A DNA stretch of 64,000 nucleotides, taken from contig JBGAHS010000008.1 of the NCBI GenBank assembly GCA_044226015.1, positions 480,001 to 544,000 on the forward strand, given 5' to 3'. The notes beneath the pieces were generated by a model that was not told the origin of the DNA, did not search any database, and saw only the letters and a list, made by a program, of their open reading frames with translations. Numbering within the stretch: position 1 is the stretch's first letter; each line of letters opens with the position of its first letter. This stretch comes from Candidatus Obscuribacteraceae bacterium (GTDB lineage Bacteria; Cyanobacteriota; Vampirovibrionia; Obscuribacterales; Obscuribacteraceae). Below are positions 20,401-35,400 of this stretch, one piece after another. The position numbers and the translations under genes are program-made.

Positions 20401-23400
20401 GTTGTTCTTGAGGTTGCCAGAATTCACTCCGATAACCAGAGTTCCAGCATTATTGGTAGTTGTATTCAGTTGCGTTCCAGGAGCACCAGTAATGTTCACG
20501 TCATTGCCGGCGTTCTTGTTAGCGATGATGATGTCAGCGCCCTGGGTAGACAATGCAGTCTTCGGGTTGCTCAAGGATATGCTGAGGTCGTCGCCATTTG
20601 GCGCTTGAATCACAATACCCTGACCGCTTATCTTAGCAGTTGAGATGGAATTGTCGCCACCCATAACCAGAGCATTGCTGGTCATTGTGATCAGCGAATT
20701 TCCTGTGCTGCTGATGGAAGATCCGGAACCTAGATTCACACCATTTGGTGCTGTAACCGAAATGCCTGCACCCGTCTGAATGCTGTTTCCGCCATCAAGA
20801 GTCAAGCTGTCAGAAACGAAAGTGTAGACGCTAGCGGAACCATTGCTGCCGATAGTACCATTGCTGAGAACGTGCATTCCGTTATTTGTATTGAAATTGA
20901 CGTTTCCTGTTCCGGCATCATAGATACCTGCGCCACTAACCGTGATGGAGTCGGGGCTGACACCAGCATTGGCAGTGAAGCTCAGCAGATTGGTGGTACC
21001 ATTTGCAGCTTGAATTGAAGAGGTGTTATTTACGGACAAGTCACCACTCGTGGCTTGCACTGTGACGTTTCTGGCACCAGCTGGTAGAAGGTTTGGAATT
21101 CCCAGGTTATAGCCAGCGGCCATAGGCGATGTGTTAGTGACAGAACCGCCAGTAGCGAAGTTAACGGCTACGCTACCCTGGCTCTGCATTCCTGGTGTGG
21201 AACCTGAGCCTAGAGCACCAGTGGTGCTGTTTGTGAGAGTGCCGGTGCCAGCTCCTAGAATAGTGGTGAAGTTGAAGGTCGAGTTGCCTTGAACCTGCAA
21301 TTGACCATTATTGATGAAGGAACCATTATTGGTGGTATTGAATACGAAATCGCCGAATCCACCGCCATTAGTCTTCACCTGAATTGTCGCGCCAGAGCTA
21401 ATTTGAACAGTTGTGTTCGGGTTGCTTGGTGTAGCGATAGGTCCAGGAATTGGGAAGTTCGCTGGGCTACCAGTACCTGAGTTAAGGACAACGGTGCCAC
21501 TATCAGAAGCCAGAACAAGTGCTGTCTTCGAGCTTCCATCAATTGCTTTGAAGACAACGCCATTAGCAGCATTGATTATGAAGCTACCAGATGTTGCTTC
21601 CAGCAGAGGGGGGCGGGTCTGGTCAATGGTTGCGTTGTTGCTTGAAAGGATTTGCAACGGCGCTTTGGTATCCGAGCTGGAAATGATCACGCTGGTGCCG
21701 CTCAGTTCACCGGTTACCTGAACCTTCTGATTGGTTGCATCTGTAATATTGATGATCAACGGTGAGTTACTGACGATTTTGCCATCAACGATGATGCCCG
21801 CTGGGTAAGTCGCGGTTCCATTAATGAAGAGTCTGACGTGCTGCTCTACGGTGGGAGATGGGCTATTGCCTGGTGCTCCGATTGTGACAGCCGGGCTCGT
21901 CACGCCTGGAACCACGGAACCATCTGAGCCAAGATGGATTGAGAACCAATCAGCTGCAGCTCCGCTGTTGTTATGGAAGTTAATGGTCTTTCCAGCGTCT
22001 GCAAGTATGCTGATGGAACCAGTGTTACCCGTGGTGATCGTTGCAGTGTTTGGATTTGCACCCTGAATGATGAGATTGTTTGCAGGTTGAGCCTGAATGA
22101 TGACATTGCTGGAAGCAGCTGTTGAGCCAATTGCCGTGTTATCGAACAAGGTCAAGGTGTTCTGTGTGAAGCTTATTGTGCCACCGTCTGTGCTCAGCAG
22201 TTGTGTCGAACCAGACTGAACCACTGTCTGTCCGGCAGAGAAATTGACATTGCCACCGTTACCTACAGATTGTGTGTTGTAGGTCAAGGTACCGGAGAGA
22301 TTGAGCACTCCAGAAGAGGATACATTAATCGCATTTGCAGCCTGGTTAGCAGGAGTCACTGTTTGGATGGTACCAGTACCAGCCAGGAAGAGGTCTCCAG
22401 AAGTGCTTCTGATTTGGAGATTTGCCGCACCTGCACTCTTTGCATCACTGATGAACCCGTTTACCGTGATGGTGTTGCCACCATTGACTGTCCAGACCTG
22501 ATCTCCTGTGGATGTCACACCTACACCAGCATTGACTGTTGTAGCTCCCTGCGCATTGACGGCGAGATCACCAGTTACATTGTAGGATGCCAAACCACCC
22601 GTGTTGAATGAGAGCGACTTGCCTGCAGCAAGTGATTGGATTGTCGTGCCTGTGCTTGAACCGATGCTAGCAGCGCCAGTCAGGTTCAAATCGAGGTTTC
22701 CGTTGGCTGTGGAAATGCTGACACTGTTACCAGTACTAGATGAACCAGCGCCAAGATTAACTACCAGATCGCCTGCAGCGCCACCATCTAGAGTCAGAGC
22801 GCCAGCTGCGTTAAGTGTTCCATTGTTAGTGATACTTCCATTTGATGCATGCAGGGTGATTGCGCCACCAGCTGTAGTGCTAATAGATTGTGAGTTCGTT
22901 ATAGAAGAACTCGTCATCGTGATGGAACCATTCGAGGTCAAATCAAGTGGGTTGCTGATAGCTCCTGCGCCAGTTGTGGTGAAGTTGCTAGCGCCATCCA
23001 CATGGAATGTGCCTGCTCCCGAGAGAACAATATTCTTTCCTGCAGTCGTAGTACCGAAGTTTATATTAGTAGCTGTGAAAGTTGCGTTGGTTGGATTTAC
23101 GCCAGGTCCGGCGATAGTCAGGTCACCAGTAGAACCGTCAAATACATTGATAGTTCCAGCAGGATTTGCGCCGGTACCGAAGAATGCCGCATCCGCTAGC
23201 AAGATTGATGGAGAGGTGAGGTTAACAACCTGACCACCAAAGCTTTGAGACTGGCTCTTAGCGAAAGAAACGCTAGAAGCGCTAAAATTGGTAGCACCAG
23301 AGGACAACCAGGTAGTTGAACCATTCAGAGAGAGTCCAGTAGTACCACTAACGCTCAGTTGTCCAGCACTCTTGATGACACCACCGTTAAGGCCTGTAGC

Positions 23401-26400
23401 TGCTTTGCCAGCGCTGCTGAAGGAGATGTCGCCAGATGTGGTACGGACGCCACCGTTACCGCCTCCAGCTGCAGACACGAACAGGTTCATCAATCCAGAT
23501 GAATTGGTGGACGAAGCGCTGAGGCTTCCGGCTTGAACAACGCTAGTGCCTAGAACAGTAAAGGTCATACCAGCTGCACTGTTGCTGGTCAGGGTCATCG
23601 CGTTGGTTACGGTAGTAGTACCAAGCGAGTTTGTGAATGCGAGAGATCCACTGCCGGAGGTTTCAGAGAAAGATGCGCTCGAGAAACTTGCGGAGTTACT
23701 ATAGACTGCCGAGGTTGTGCCACTTATCTTCGCAGCACCGGTCACAGTTGATGAGCCACCGTTGCCAAAACTTGCCTGTCCGGCAGAGGCAGTGACGCTG
23801 AGGTCGCTACCGACTGTCATGGTTCCGTTCTGAGTCACAGATACGGTGGTTCCCTTGAAGGTCGTTGTAGTGCCAGAACTCAGAGTACCAGCACTAGTAG
23901 CAATCAAGCCTGCAGAGTTTTGAACAGTCAGAGCGCCGCCAGCAGTTGCTGTTCCCGAGTTTTGGAAACTTGATGTATTGATGGTCAGGTCAGAGCTTCC
24001 ACCGTTTGCATTCAGAGAGAAGCCAGCACCGATTGTGAGAACATTAGTAGCTGGGGTTGTAGCAGTCAGACTGGTAGAAGAATTGACGTTAACAAACCCG
24101 GTGTTGCCAGACGCGCCATTACCGATAGTGATGTTACCAGCGGTGGCATTAAGCTGAGGGTTGCTGGCAGAGATATTCAAAGTGCCAGTGCCAGCTGCAG
24201 CCTGTCCGCGAATCTGAATTGCATCAGCAGCGCTGGAACCAGAGATGTTCAGTGAACCACCATTGGTATTGATCGTGGACGTGCCAGATCTTACTTCAAT
24301 GATGATCGCGCCAGCGCCATTGTTTATTGTTGTGTTGCTCTTCGAGGTACTTGCCACGAATCCACCATTGCTCAGAACAAGCAAAGGTGTGGTAACAGAC
24401 AGAGGAGCATCAACCACATTGTTAATGGACTGATTTCCTGTTGCAACAATCGAGGTTGAACCGGTAAGCGAAAGACCTGCGCTTCCAACTTTGTAGCTGT
24501 TTGCACCAAGATTGAGCGTGTTAGTTGCATTGGCGGTCACGCCTTTGCCAGCGCCGAAGGCATTGAATGTACTGCCCGTCAGGGTTGTGTCAACCGTGCT
24601 CTGAGCAACTATATTGCCTGAAGTTGAACTCAAGATGCTGCCGGAGATGCTTGTGTTGCCACCAGCTGTAACGTTAATATCACCACCGGAGTTAAAAGTA
24701 GCAGAACTGACGGTGGCATCCTGACCAGCTTTAACAGTTATGGTGCCAGAATTTGCATTAAGAGTGTTACCAGAAATTGAGACACTCTTGGCACCAGTTG
24801 TATTGAAATTCAAATTACCAGTGCTTGAGCTGATGCTACCAGTTCCAGTGACAGAGATGTTACTGGCAGCGTTGACTCCATTGAATATGAAATCATTGGT
24901 TGAGCTAACGACATTATTGTTGCTTAGAGTAGCTGTGCTGGCAGTGTTATTCGTGAGGGTCATCGCAGCCGAAGACTGCAAGGTGCCGGTAGCAGTGTTG
25001 GTGATTGTCCAACCACCACCTGAAGAAGCGTCGACATTGAAATTGCCTGTCGAAGAAATCTTACCAGAGTTAGTCAGAGTACCGCTGAACTCATTGAGAG
25101 CAAAGGCTCCGGCCGATGTAATATTGCCCGAATTGTTGATGTCTCCAGCCCAATTGACATTGATAGGAGCTGCGTTACTCGTATTGATAGTGCCAGCATT
25201 GGTGAAAGTGCCAGTGCTGCCGGAACCTGCTACACCAATTGTCAGCTGACTGTTGGAGTTGATGGCTAGTGTGCTCTGGCTCTGATTGAAATTCTTATTC
25301 GAAGCAATGTTGAAGTTCACATTTGCATCGTTGAAGTTCAAGCTGCCATTGCTAGCAGCAAAGTTAAGATTGCCTGCAGGATTGATATTGAACGCTCCAC
25401 CGGCACTCTTCGAGTTCAGGGTCTCAGCGCCGTTGACGCTTATCGACATTGCCCCAGCACCGTTCGATATGGTGAAGACAGAACCATTTGCACCAGTACC
25501 ATTTATGGTGCCACCGTTGAAGTCGATGTTGCCACTTGTGATGTTGATAGCGGCACCATTGAGGATGGTCTGGGTGCTCGTGTCGGAGAAGTTCACGTTG
25601 CCAGCAACGAAGTTAACAGACTTCGTGCCGCCAACATCATAGGTTCTGCTGCCACCGATGTTGAGCGCATTGGTCGCTGCCAGGGTGATGTCACCTTTAT
25701 TGGAGACGATTGAACCTGTTCCGCTAAGAGTGAGATTGCCAGTCGAGCTAGTTGCGAAACTACCGTCGGCAGTAACACCACCGACATTGTTGATGGTGCC
25801 ACCATTCCAATTGATAGTCATTGTTGCAGACTTGCTTGTGCTTAATGAGCTACCGCCATTAATGGTCAATGTGCCAGTAGCACCATTGATGACCATGTTG
25901 CTGTCTTCGCTGAGCTGTATTTGACCAGCACCAGCACCGGTACCGAAATTCACATTTCCTGCGCCAGATACGCTGATGGTCGGAACAGCATTCGTGTTAG
26001 CAGCACCACCGGAAATCGCGATAGTAGATCCGGCACCAGCTCCCTGGAAGTTGACATTGTTGCCAGCGCTGCCCGGGGTGAACTGCACGTTGCCTGAGCC
26101 ACCGGTGAAGTTGAAACCAACGGTGCCTGTTCCAAGATTCTTCACTGTGAGGTCAGAGCCGGAAGGCGAGGTCACGGTAAAGAGACTGCCAGCCGCACTT
26201 GCATCAAATGAGCTGCCAGTGCTGAGTTCCAATATTGGGGTTGTGACAGTCAGGTTTTTGCCGTTAAGAACCGTTGTAGACTTCGTGTTAACGACTTTAT
26301 TGCCTGCGCCAGAACCTGTGCTCACAGAGCTCGAACCGCCTGCATCTAGCACGACAGAACCTAGAGTAACGACCCCATTGGTGGTCGAGATGCCGATGTT

Positions 26401-29400
26401 GTTGGAGCTTACGAAGCTCGAGCCACCATCGACTGTGACGTCACCGCCAGCTTGCGCAGCTATCGTGAGATCGCCAGCGCTTGCGGTTATCGCAGCGCCA
26501 TTGTTGCTCACGTCGATATTGCCACCGCCAGTGCTTCTGATCGTCGTCACAGCACCGCCCAACGCGGTAGACGAAGCATCGTTTTGAACTTTGAGTAGTC
26601 CAGCACCAGTGGTCAGAATGTCGAGAGTGCCAGTAGCAGCGATGGAACTTGCAGCGCGATTGCGAACCGTCATCGCACCAGCGCCAGATATTGTCAGGTT
26701 AGCACCTGCAGTCAGTCCACCCTGGTTATCAACCGTTCCACCACCCAGAACATTCAGGGTCACCCCAGCATTTTGCGAACTGACCTTTCCGCTGTTGGTG
26801 AGAAGGTTTATGCCGCTCAAGAGAATGTCTGCAGAGGCTCCGCTGGTTTGAATCACGCCAGAAGCGTTGTTGGTCATCGTACCAGCTGTGATATTGATGT
26901 TGCTGTTGTTTCCAGAGGTCTGCAAAGTTCCACTATTTGAGAAGTTGGCAGCTGTGGCAGTGACAGCATTGTTCGAGTCAACAGTGACGCCAGAAGCTAT
27001 AGTCAGGTCATTGCCGCCCAAAGTGAATGTAGAAGCGGCACCACGCAGATTCAATGTAGCGTTAGTGGTAGCGCCACCCTTCTGGATATTCATGCTGGAG
27101 GCAGGGTCGAAGGTAATTGCTCCACCGCCCGACTGAATAGTAGCGCTAGAAGTTGCAACACCATTTCCAACATTTATTGTTGGCACGGTGAAGGTTAGAG
27201 TTGTGGAACCTCCGAGCACGGCAATCTGAGCAGCATCACCGAGCGTCATCGAGCTGCCAGTGACTTGAAGCGCTTTGCCATTTGTTACAGTGACATGAGC
27301 GCCGGTGCCAGCGCCAGCGTCGAGAAGCGCCACGTCACCGTTGAAGTTGACCTGACCAACTGCACCAGCGGTGTCGGGGTTGAGGTTGATGCTGCTGCTT
27401 GCAGCAAAATTGACTCCACCACCAGCGATGCCTACGTTGATAGTTCCAGAGTTGCCAGCGCCGCTGAAACCAACAGTGTTGTTGTTCTGTGCGTTGATGA
27501 CGATGGTGCCGGGCACGCCAATGATTCCAACGTTGCTATAGTTATTGCGAATCAGTATAGAGCCGCCGTTTGCATTATCAACAATCTTGCCGGTTCCACT
27601 CATAATCAATGAAGGAGTATCGATGGTGATGCTGGCTCCGGTTACAGTTTCGCCATTGCCTATGGTGACAGAACCGGTGCCGCTGGTGATCAGCTTAACT
27701 GTGGTGCCTGAGTTGATTGTTCCAACTGAACTAATCGAATTAGAGTTTGTTGTTGTGAGCTGAATGTCATTGCCTGTCAGCGTAGAGCCGCTGGCAGAAA
27801 TATTTCCACCAGTAGAAGTCAGGTACAACTGACCGCTTACTGTAGATGTGTTGAGGTGAATTGCAGAATTCACCTGCCCGATGAAGGCATTACTTGCTGA
27901 AAGTGCGAGGTTGCCCACTTGAGTGCGCAGCGGAATACCGAGAGCTCCGACATCACCACTGGTGGCAGTCAAAGTAGCAGTGCCAGCAGCACCGGTAGTG
28001 ACAAATCCGAGTGCAGAATTTGCAATATTCGAAGCAGTGATGCTGACTGCAGACGCGGTGGCGTTGCTAGTGCCCAGCTGAGCATTCAGGGTCGCAGTAC
28101 CGGTCGAAGAAACAAGGATTGTACCGCTTGTAACTTGATTGCTGGAAACTGTGAATGTGTTGCCTGCTGTAATATTCCAATTGCTTGTTGCAGTTGCTCC
28201 GAGATCAAATGCACCAGCGACGTTACCAAGCTTGATGTCGCCAGCAGTGGCATTCAATCTGATGGTTCCTGGAGTAGCAGCCGCGCCGTTGGCGCTCAGT
28301 CCAATGCCAGTTCCGACGTTTGTGAATTGGCTGCCTTCGATATCGATGTTTCCACCAATCCCTGCGGCATTCGCGTTCAGCCCACCAAATCCGCTAAAAT
28401 CGATTGCACCATCGCCGTTTCCTAGCGCTTTGATGTTGATGCTGCCACCATTTGTGCCGCCGGTTACATCGACGCCGCTTACACCATTGAGGCTGATGCC
28501 TCCATTGCCTTGAGCAGCGATGCCATTGTTGAGAATTGAGACAGTACCACCAGTGCCACCACCAGAGCCCTTAGCTTGAACTGAGAGTCCGCTTATAGAG
28601 AATGGGGTACCAGTTTTGGTATTGTTTGTGAGAGCCACAACACCACCGTTTCCGTTACCGCTTGCATTTGCAGTGATGGCAGCGAGTGCGAATACTCCAG
28701 AGCCCCCCGTTGAGCTGATGGTGACGTTACCAGCAGTACCAGTGCTGCTGTTGGTGCTGATAGCAGTAGAACTGATATTGCGAACTGCAGTTAGCTGCAC
28801 ACTGCCACCGTCAATGGCGCTGACTGCACCACCAGAGATGGTGATATCACGTGATGAACTCACCTTAAGAGTGTTTGTGCCTGTGCTTATGCCAGCAGGA
28901 GAAGCAAGAATTACGTCAGAGCTTGCGCCTGTAGTTCTGAAAGTTGCAGTCGCAGGGTTGCTGCCCAAAACGATGCCACCAGTGCCGCCAGGAGCGATGC
29001 GCAGATTACCTGTGCCTGCTCCAACTGCTACAGCCCCAGCTCCGGTAATTGTTACGGTGCCATTGCTTATGGTGACCAGGTCAAAAGCACCGGTAGCTGA
29101 AGATGTACCAAGGTTTACGCTGCCATCTTGTTGAAGGAAAGCGTCACCGGCATTGGCAACGGCAGTCAAATTGGATGCCTTTGTTTTGAATGGCGAAGCA
29201 ACGCTAGTACCGATGCTAGTTGCAGAGTTCAGGTTCACGTTTACAGCCGACACGCTGCCGGCGCCGCTTATGCCATTTGCCGTTGTGGTCAAATTGATTG
29301 TCTGGCTGCCAGATATGTTCGCAGAAACGGTGATTGCACCGCTAGCCTGCAAGTCAAATACGTTGGAAACATTGAAACCTGCACCAGTTAAATTGATTGC

Positions 29401-32400
29401 GGCAGTTTGAATGAATGCATTTGTAGAGGTCAAGTTCAGAGTGCTGCTGCTAGACAGGTTGAAGCGACTGGCAGCGCTTACTCCGATGTTATTACCAGCA
29501 GTAAAGTCGATATCGCCAACATTAGGGGCAGAACCGCCAGGATTGAGAATATCGCGCCCAGCGTTAACAACGAGCTTCCCGTTCGAATCATTAATAGTGA
29601 ATCTGTTAGCGCCAACAGCACCAATACTCACGTCACCAGTAGCACTGGTTGCAGTCAACGAAATAGTTCCGCCAGTGCCTGTACCTGCGGCATTCAAGGT
29701 CAGAGAAGTTGTTGGTCCAGCAAAAGTAGAAGCAAGAATGTCGATGTTTGCTCCGGCAGAGGCTGTGCCGTTAGCATTTATTGAAGTAAGCGTTCCGAGG
29801 CTCACTACGCCATCGATAGCTCCAGCTGTAGCATCTACCTTGATGCTTGCAGCACCTTTGGTCGCATTCGCGCTGGTGGCAGACAATGAGGTCGCAGCCC
29901 CATTGAACAAGATTCCACCGTTTGCAGCACCATTTCCGTTGTTAGCGATAGTGATGGTGTTTGGTGTATCAGCTGCGCCGGCACCATTTGCGGTAAAGTT
30001 GCCGGAGATTGTAAGGAGTCCACTTGAAGCTGAATTAACAGCGATTGCACCGGCCGTGCCACCTGAGGCAGTAGAGGTGATTGCTCCCAGAGTGACGGTG
30101 CCTGTTTCACCAGCAAGTGCATTAAGAGATATGGTGACCGAGCCACCATTACCTGCAGTACCTTGTGAGTTGATGGTGCCGACAGAAATAGAACCTGCGG
30201 TGTTGGATTTGCCTGCGTTAATGATTACATTTCCGCCAGTGCTACCGGAACTGTTCAAAGTGCCCGTTACAGTGACACTGCCACCGGCTTCAAGATCAAT
30301 AGAATTTCCGTTAGTGATAATTGATTTGCCGCCGCCAGCTGTGAGCACCACGTTTCCGGCACTCGACGTGAAGGTTCCAGATGCAGTAATGTCGCTAGCG
30401 GTCGTGGCGATAGTGAGGTTTCCGGTTCCAGCAATCGGATTTCCAGATACAGTCAAAGCGCCAACGTTGAGCAAGTCATAACTTGTTCCAGCAGAATTGG
30501 TGCCAGAAAGTGTGAGCACGCCTGTGTTCCGTACATACACTTCACCAGCAGCTTTCGCCGAGAGAGTTCCAGCACTCGTCTGCAAGCGTGTGGTCGTTCC
30601 AGAATTACCGATGCTTCCTGCGGCATCAAGTGTCAAAGTAGTGGTCGCGGTGAGCACGTTGGCAGCTACACTGTTGATGTTGCCCGCAGCGCTCGTAGTG
30701 ATGCTGATCGCATTTGCATTCACACCTGCATTTACGTCCACATTTCCTGCGGCAGTTAAAGTGAATTTGCCACCACCATTCAGGTTCACACTATTCAGAG
30801 TTACTGCGCCACCAGCATCTAGAACCAGTTTTCCGCCGCCATTCAGGGTGCCAGAGACGGCCAGACCAGTGCTGTCGGAAACGTTGGCGTTTCCAGATGT
30901 TGCCTTGACGATACTCAGCACAGGAGTAGTGACCAAAACAGGACCGGTTCCGGTGGAATCCGCAATATTGCCAGTGGGTGACGACATCGATAGAGAGGCA
31001 GTAGCAACAATTGGGTTAGCGCCGACTGTCTGAGTGATGCCGCTGTTAGTGTTCAGAACAACCGTGGCAGCTCCGATGCCGCTTCCACTTCCAAATGAAA
31101 TGGTGTTGCCTGCTCCGGCAGAATTGTCGAGAGTTACTGTACCAGTACTATTAATCTGACCATTTACAGCTATGGCTCCATTGAGAACCGAGAAGCCGCC
31201 AGCGGTGGTACCAGCACTGAAGTTATGGCTACCCATGTTCAATGTCGAGCCAGCAAGACTCGTGTAGCCGCCTTGACTTTGAAGAACAATGTCATAGTTA
31301 ACTGTAAGATTATGGCCTGCACCAGGTCCATCAGAGAAGATGCCGCCTCCAGTAAAGGCATTCGAGCCAATCACCAGGGTCTGCGCATTGATGTTAGCCA
31401 ATTCAGTGTCATCGATAACGAGGTCATAAGGCATTCCGGCGCGGCCAAATCCAATGGTCTTGCCGTTTGCGTTCTGCTGAATGTTTACACGCACTCCCGC
31501 ATTGTTAGCGCTGTTTATTGTGCCAGGCATGATGAGATCAACAGTTTGAATAGTCACTTGCTTGTTAGCATTGACAGCAATGTCACCATTTACGGTAACT
31601 GTTCCCGTTCCTGCGGTCTGCAAAATGACACCGTTAGAACCGGTCACAGAGCCAACCGTTATGTTAGCATTGTTGCCGCCAACCAGTGAAAAGACACCAT
31701 TGGTAGCAGTCGCGGTGCCAACAGTCACAGACTTAGTATCTGTGACGTAAGCATCGCCATTCGAGGCAGTGATGTTCAGGGCTGGAGTCGTTGTACCAAT
31801 CGCTGCGCCGGAAGAACCAACTGCAGTAGCAGCCGTGAGAGTCACACTAGTGTCGCCGGTGAGTGCTTTTCCGGCCGCCTGGGTTATCGCACCAGTGAAT
31901 GACTGAACTGTCACTACACCTGTCGTACCGGTGGTTCCAAAATTACCGTTCAGAGCAACTGTTGCTCCCTTCACGCTTGCAGAAAGAGGATTGCTTACAT
32001 CAAGCAGCGTCACGTTACCCTTCTGGGTATCCACGGAGAACACTTTGCCATTCATATTCAACGCAGTGCCGGCACCACTCATGGTGAAGCCACCAGTTCC
32101 CGAAGCGCTAGACTGAACAAATGACAAATTGTAAGGGGCGGTGTAGCTTGAGCCGTAGCTAACGGTGATGCCACCGGTGTTATTACTGGTCCCGATCTGG
32201 ACCGCGCCGGCAGTGATGCTGTTGAGTTCAGCCTGGCTGATCGACATATCAGCACCGGTGCCCAAGGTGATGGTCAGCCCGTTCGTGTGCTGCCCGATGG
32301 TCACCTGTCCCGCACCCGCATTGATAGTGCCAGCACCCAGGTTGCTAATGTCGGTAGCCAAAATGGAGATGCTGTTATTAGACCCTGAGGAGATTGCGTT

Positions 32401-35400
32401 GTTGTAGCTTAGTACTCCAGCAACATCGAGAAATACTCCGTTAGCTCCACTTACATTGTTACTGGTTGCCACACTTCCACCGAACTTGAGCGGTTGAGCT
32501 GCGGTACCGACAGACCCACCAGTAGCTGCTGCACTGAAGCTTGCAGTTGTGAGCGTTCCAGTTCCACCTATGTTTCCGGCAGAAGAAGTGAGGTTGATTG
32601 CACTGCCCGAGTTGACTGTAGTAGAAACATTGCCGTTGAAATCAATTGAGGAGCCCGAAAGCGTGAATGTATTGGCAGTGCCACCGCCTGAGCTGATGGT
32701 GCCCGTCGTGATAGCTCCACCCACGTTGACTGTGAGATTCTTGGCAGAATTCATCGTAAGAGTGCTGTTATTGGTGAATGTTCCAGCCCCGAGGAAACTC
32801 AAGTTTGAAGTTGTAGTTACTGCACCACCAATGGTGATGTCAGAACTCGCAGCTTTACCTACGGTGACAAGTCCGCCCGTTATATTGCCGAGGGACTGCA
32901 GCAGGAAGGAACCAGCGCCTCCATTCACACCAATCGTTGTATTGGAGTTAGGTCTGATTGTCACATTGCCGCTTCCAGCATTGACAAGTCCGGTGCCCGT
33001 CAAGCTAGAACCAATTAAGGTGATTGCAGAGTTAGTGCTAGCCAACGAACCTGTGCCGGTTAACGTGATGGCACCGCCAGACGTGTCTGCGGTCTGGATG
33101 GTCATACCGGTGTCGCCTTTAGCGGTGACAGCAGTATTTACGGTGAAACCACCCGTTCCAGTTCCGGTGTAAGAGAAACTTCCTCCCGATGCGGTAGTGT
33201 TGTTTGCAATCGTAGTGGTACCGTTGTTATTGTTCAGTTGAATTGAACCGTTGACAGTACCCGCGCCAGCAGGGTTGACGGATAGATTACCGCTGCTGTT
33301 AGCCAGGAAAACGTCGCTTCCAGCGCCACCAGTTGAAAAGTTCACGCTAGAGCCGGTCATGGAAATGACGCCAGCGATGCTATTCTGGATTGGCGAATTC
33401 GTGCCAGTCGTTGATAGATTTACAGTCGTTGCAGCGTAGTTTGTTCCATTTAACTGTGTAATTGGGTTGCTGTTGCCCTGAGTCGATAGAGTCAAAATCG
33501 AGCCGGAAATATCACCATTGGTGATAAGATCTCCAGCTTTTGCCGTGCCCGTGACTGTGCTCGTGCTGGTAATGGTATTGAGTGTGACACCAGCATCACC
33601 CTGAGCCAGCAAAGTGTGTGCCCCCATCGCGAGCGATGAGCCAGCAGCCATGCTGATGGTGCCCGTGGTGATCAGGTCAAGATTGTATCCTGGCGTCAAT
33701 GAATTGGCATAAGTGATGTTTCCGGTCACCGTACCTGAGCCGATAACAAGCTTGCCAGCCGTTATGCTAGTCAAGTCAGTATTGCTTAGATCAAATGCCT
33801 GAGCGGTTGCTCCATTTAGAGATATGTTCGAAGCATTCGACTTCGGAAGCAATGTCACAGTGCCTGTGGTGCTCACTGAGCCAGCGCCACCGTTAAGAGC
33901 AATATCAGTAGCCGTGATAGAGACCGGACCAGAACCACCATTTAAAGACTTCGTGGCATTTACTGTGAATACACCGTTGGCATCGATAGTGGCTCCCTTG
34001 GAGCCTGAAACAGCGCCGTTTATTGTTATGGCTCCTGAGCTGGTGATGCTCAAAGTACTTGCAGAAGAATCACCAACAGTCAACGTTGCAGCCGTGTTGC
34101 TAACCGATGCAGTTGAACTTGTGTTTACAGTGAGGTTGCTAGTGCTTGTCGAAACACTTGAAATAGCTCCAGATGTAGTGGTCAAGTTGACTGAAGGAGC
34201 ATTCAAGCCACCAGCCCCGCTTATCGTTCCAGCACCACCATTTATATTGATAGTGCTGCTGGCAGTTATTCCATTAGTGAAAGTAATTGCGGCTGTGTCA
34301 TTGATGTTGACCACGCCACCAGAAACTTTACTTGTGGCAGAAATGATGCCTACCTTGTTTGCACCGGTAGTTGAGCTGACAGTCAGTGCAGCTCCAGCAG
34401 TAAGGGTTATGGTGCCAGCTGCTCCTGTCACGCTGTTCGCGGTAATGGCACCATCCACCTCGAGGGCACCAGTTGTGGTATTGGACTTCAAAGTGATAAA
34501 GCCAGCATCTCCGGCTCCGTTACCACTGGAAGTCACAGTTCCAGACACCGTGATGTTGCCACCAGAGCCGGCTTTACTAGTATCCAGGTTGATAGCACCA
34601 CCTGTAGAGGCGCCACCGGTTCCACCAGAGGTATTGATAGCGCCGGTCGAAATCGAGCCAGAAGTCAGGACGGAGACAAAGCTTACATCAACAGCACCAC
34701 CGCCATTGCTGCTTGTTCCGCCGCTTGTGTCAATACCACCAGTCGAGATTGTCGCTCCAGCTCCGGTGCTGCTGCTCTGTACCGTGACAGCCCCAGAAGC
34801 ATTGGTAAGAGCGCCTACGGTGATGTTGCCTGTCGTTCCGAGAGCTTTGATGTTAATAGCGCCGCCACTGCCTTTAACCGCAGCACCACCTGTGATATCA
34901 CCACCTGACAAAAGACTAATTGTCTTGGCACTTGCACTGGTCGAATTATCTACGGTGCCGCCCAAAGCCAAGCTAGAACTCGAAGAACTACCAATTGTGA
35001 TGTTGCCTTTACTGTTTACAGCTCCCATGGAGATTGAGCCAGTGTCAGTCGTGTTAACGACGATGTCACCAGTCCCCCCCGTGCTGTTTAAAGTGCCTGG
35101 ATTCGTTAGAGCGCCCGACCCCGAGTGAATCGTAATGTTTCCGCTGCTTGTTACACCACCAAGAGCACTCACGCCGACCGCATTAATCGATACATCGCCT
35201 GTGGCAGTAATACCTCCAAAATTAGTTGTCGTTGTGCCACTGCTCGATGTAAATGTTGAAGCAGAGTTAACTGCAAACCCTCCACCACTAACAGAGCCCG
35301 AGGTCGCTGTGAGCTTGATGCTGCCACCGTTGGAAGTCGTCACGGCAGACCCCAGCGTTACTCCATTGGCGCCCGTGAAATCAACATTACGGACGGTTCC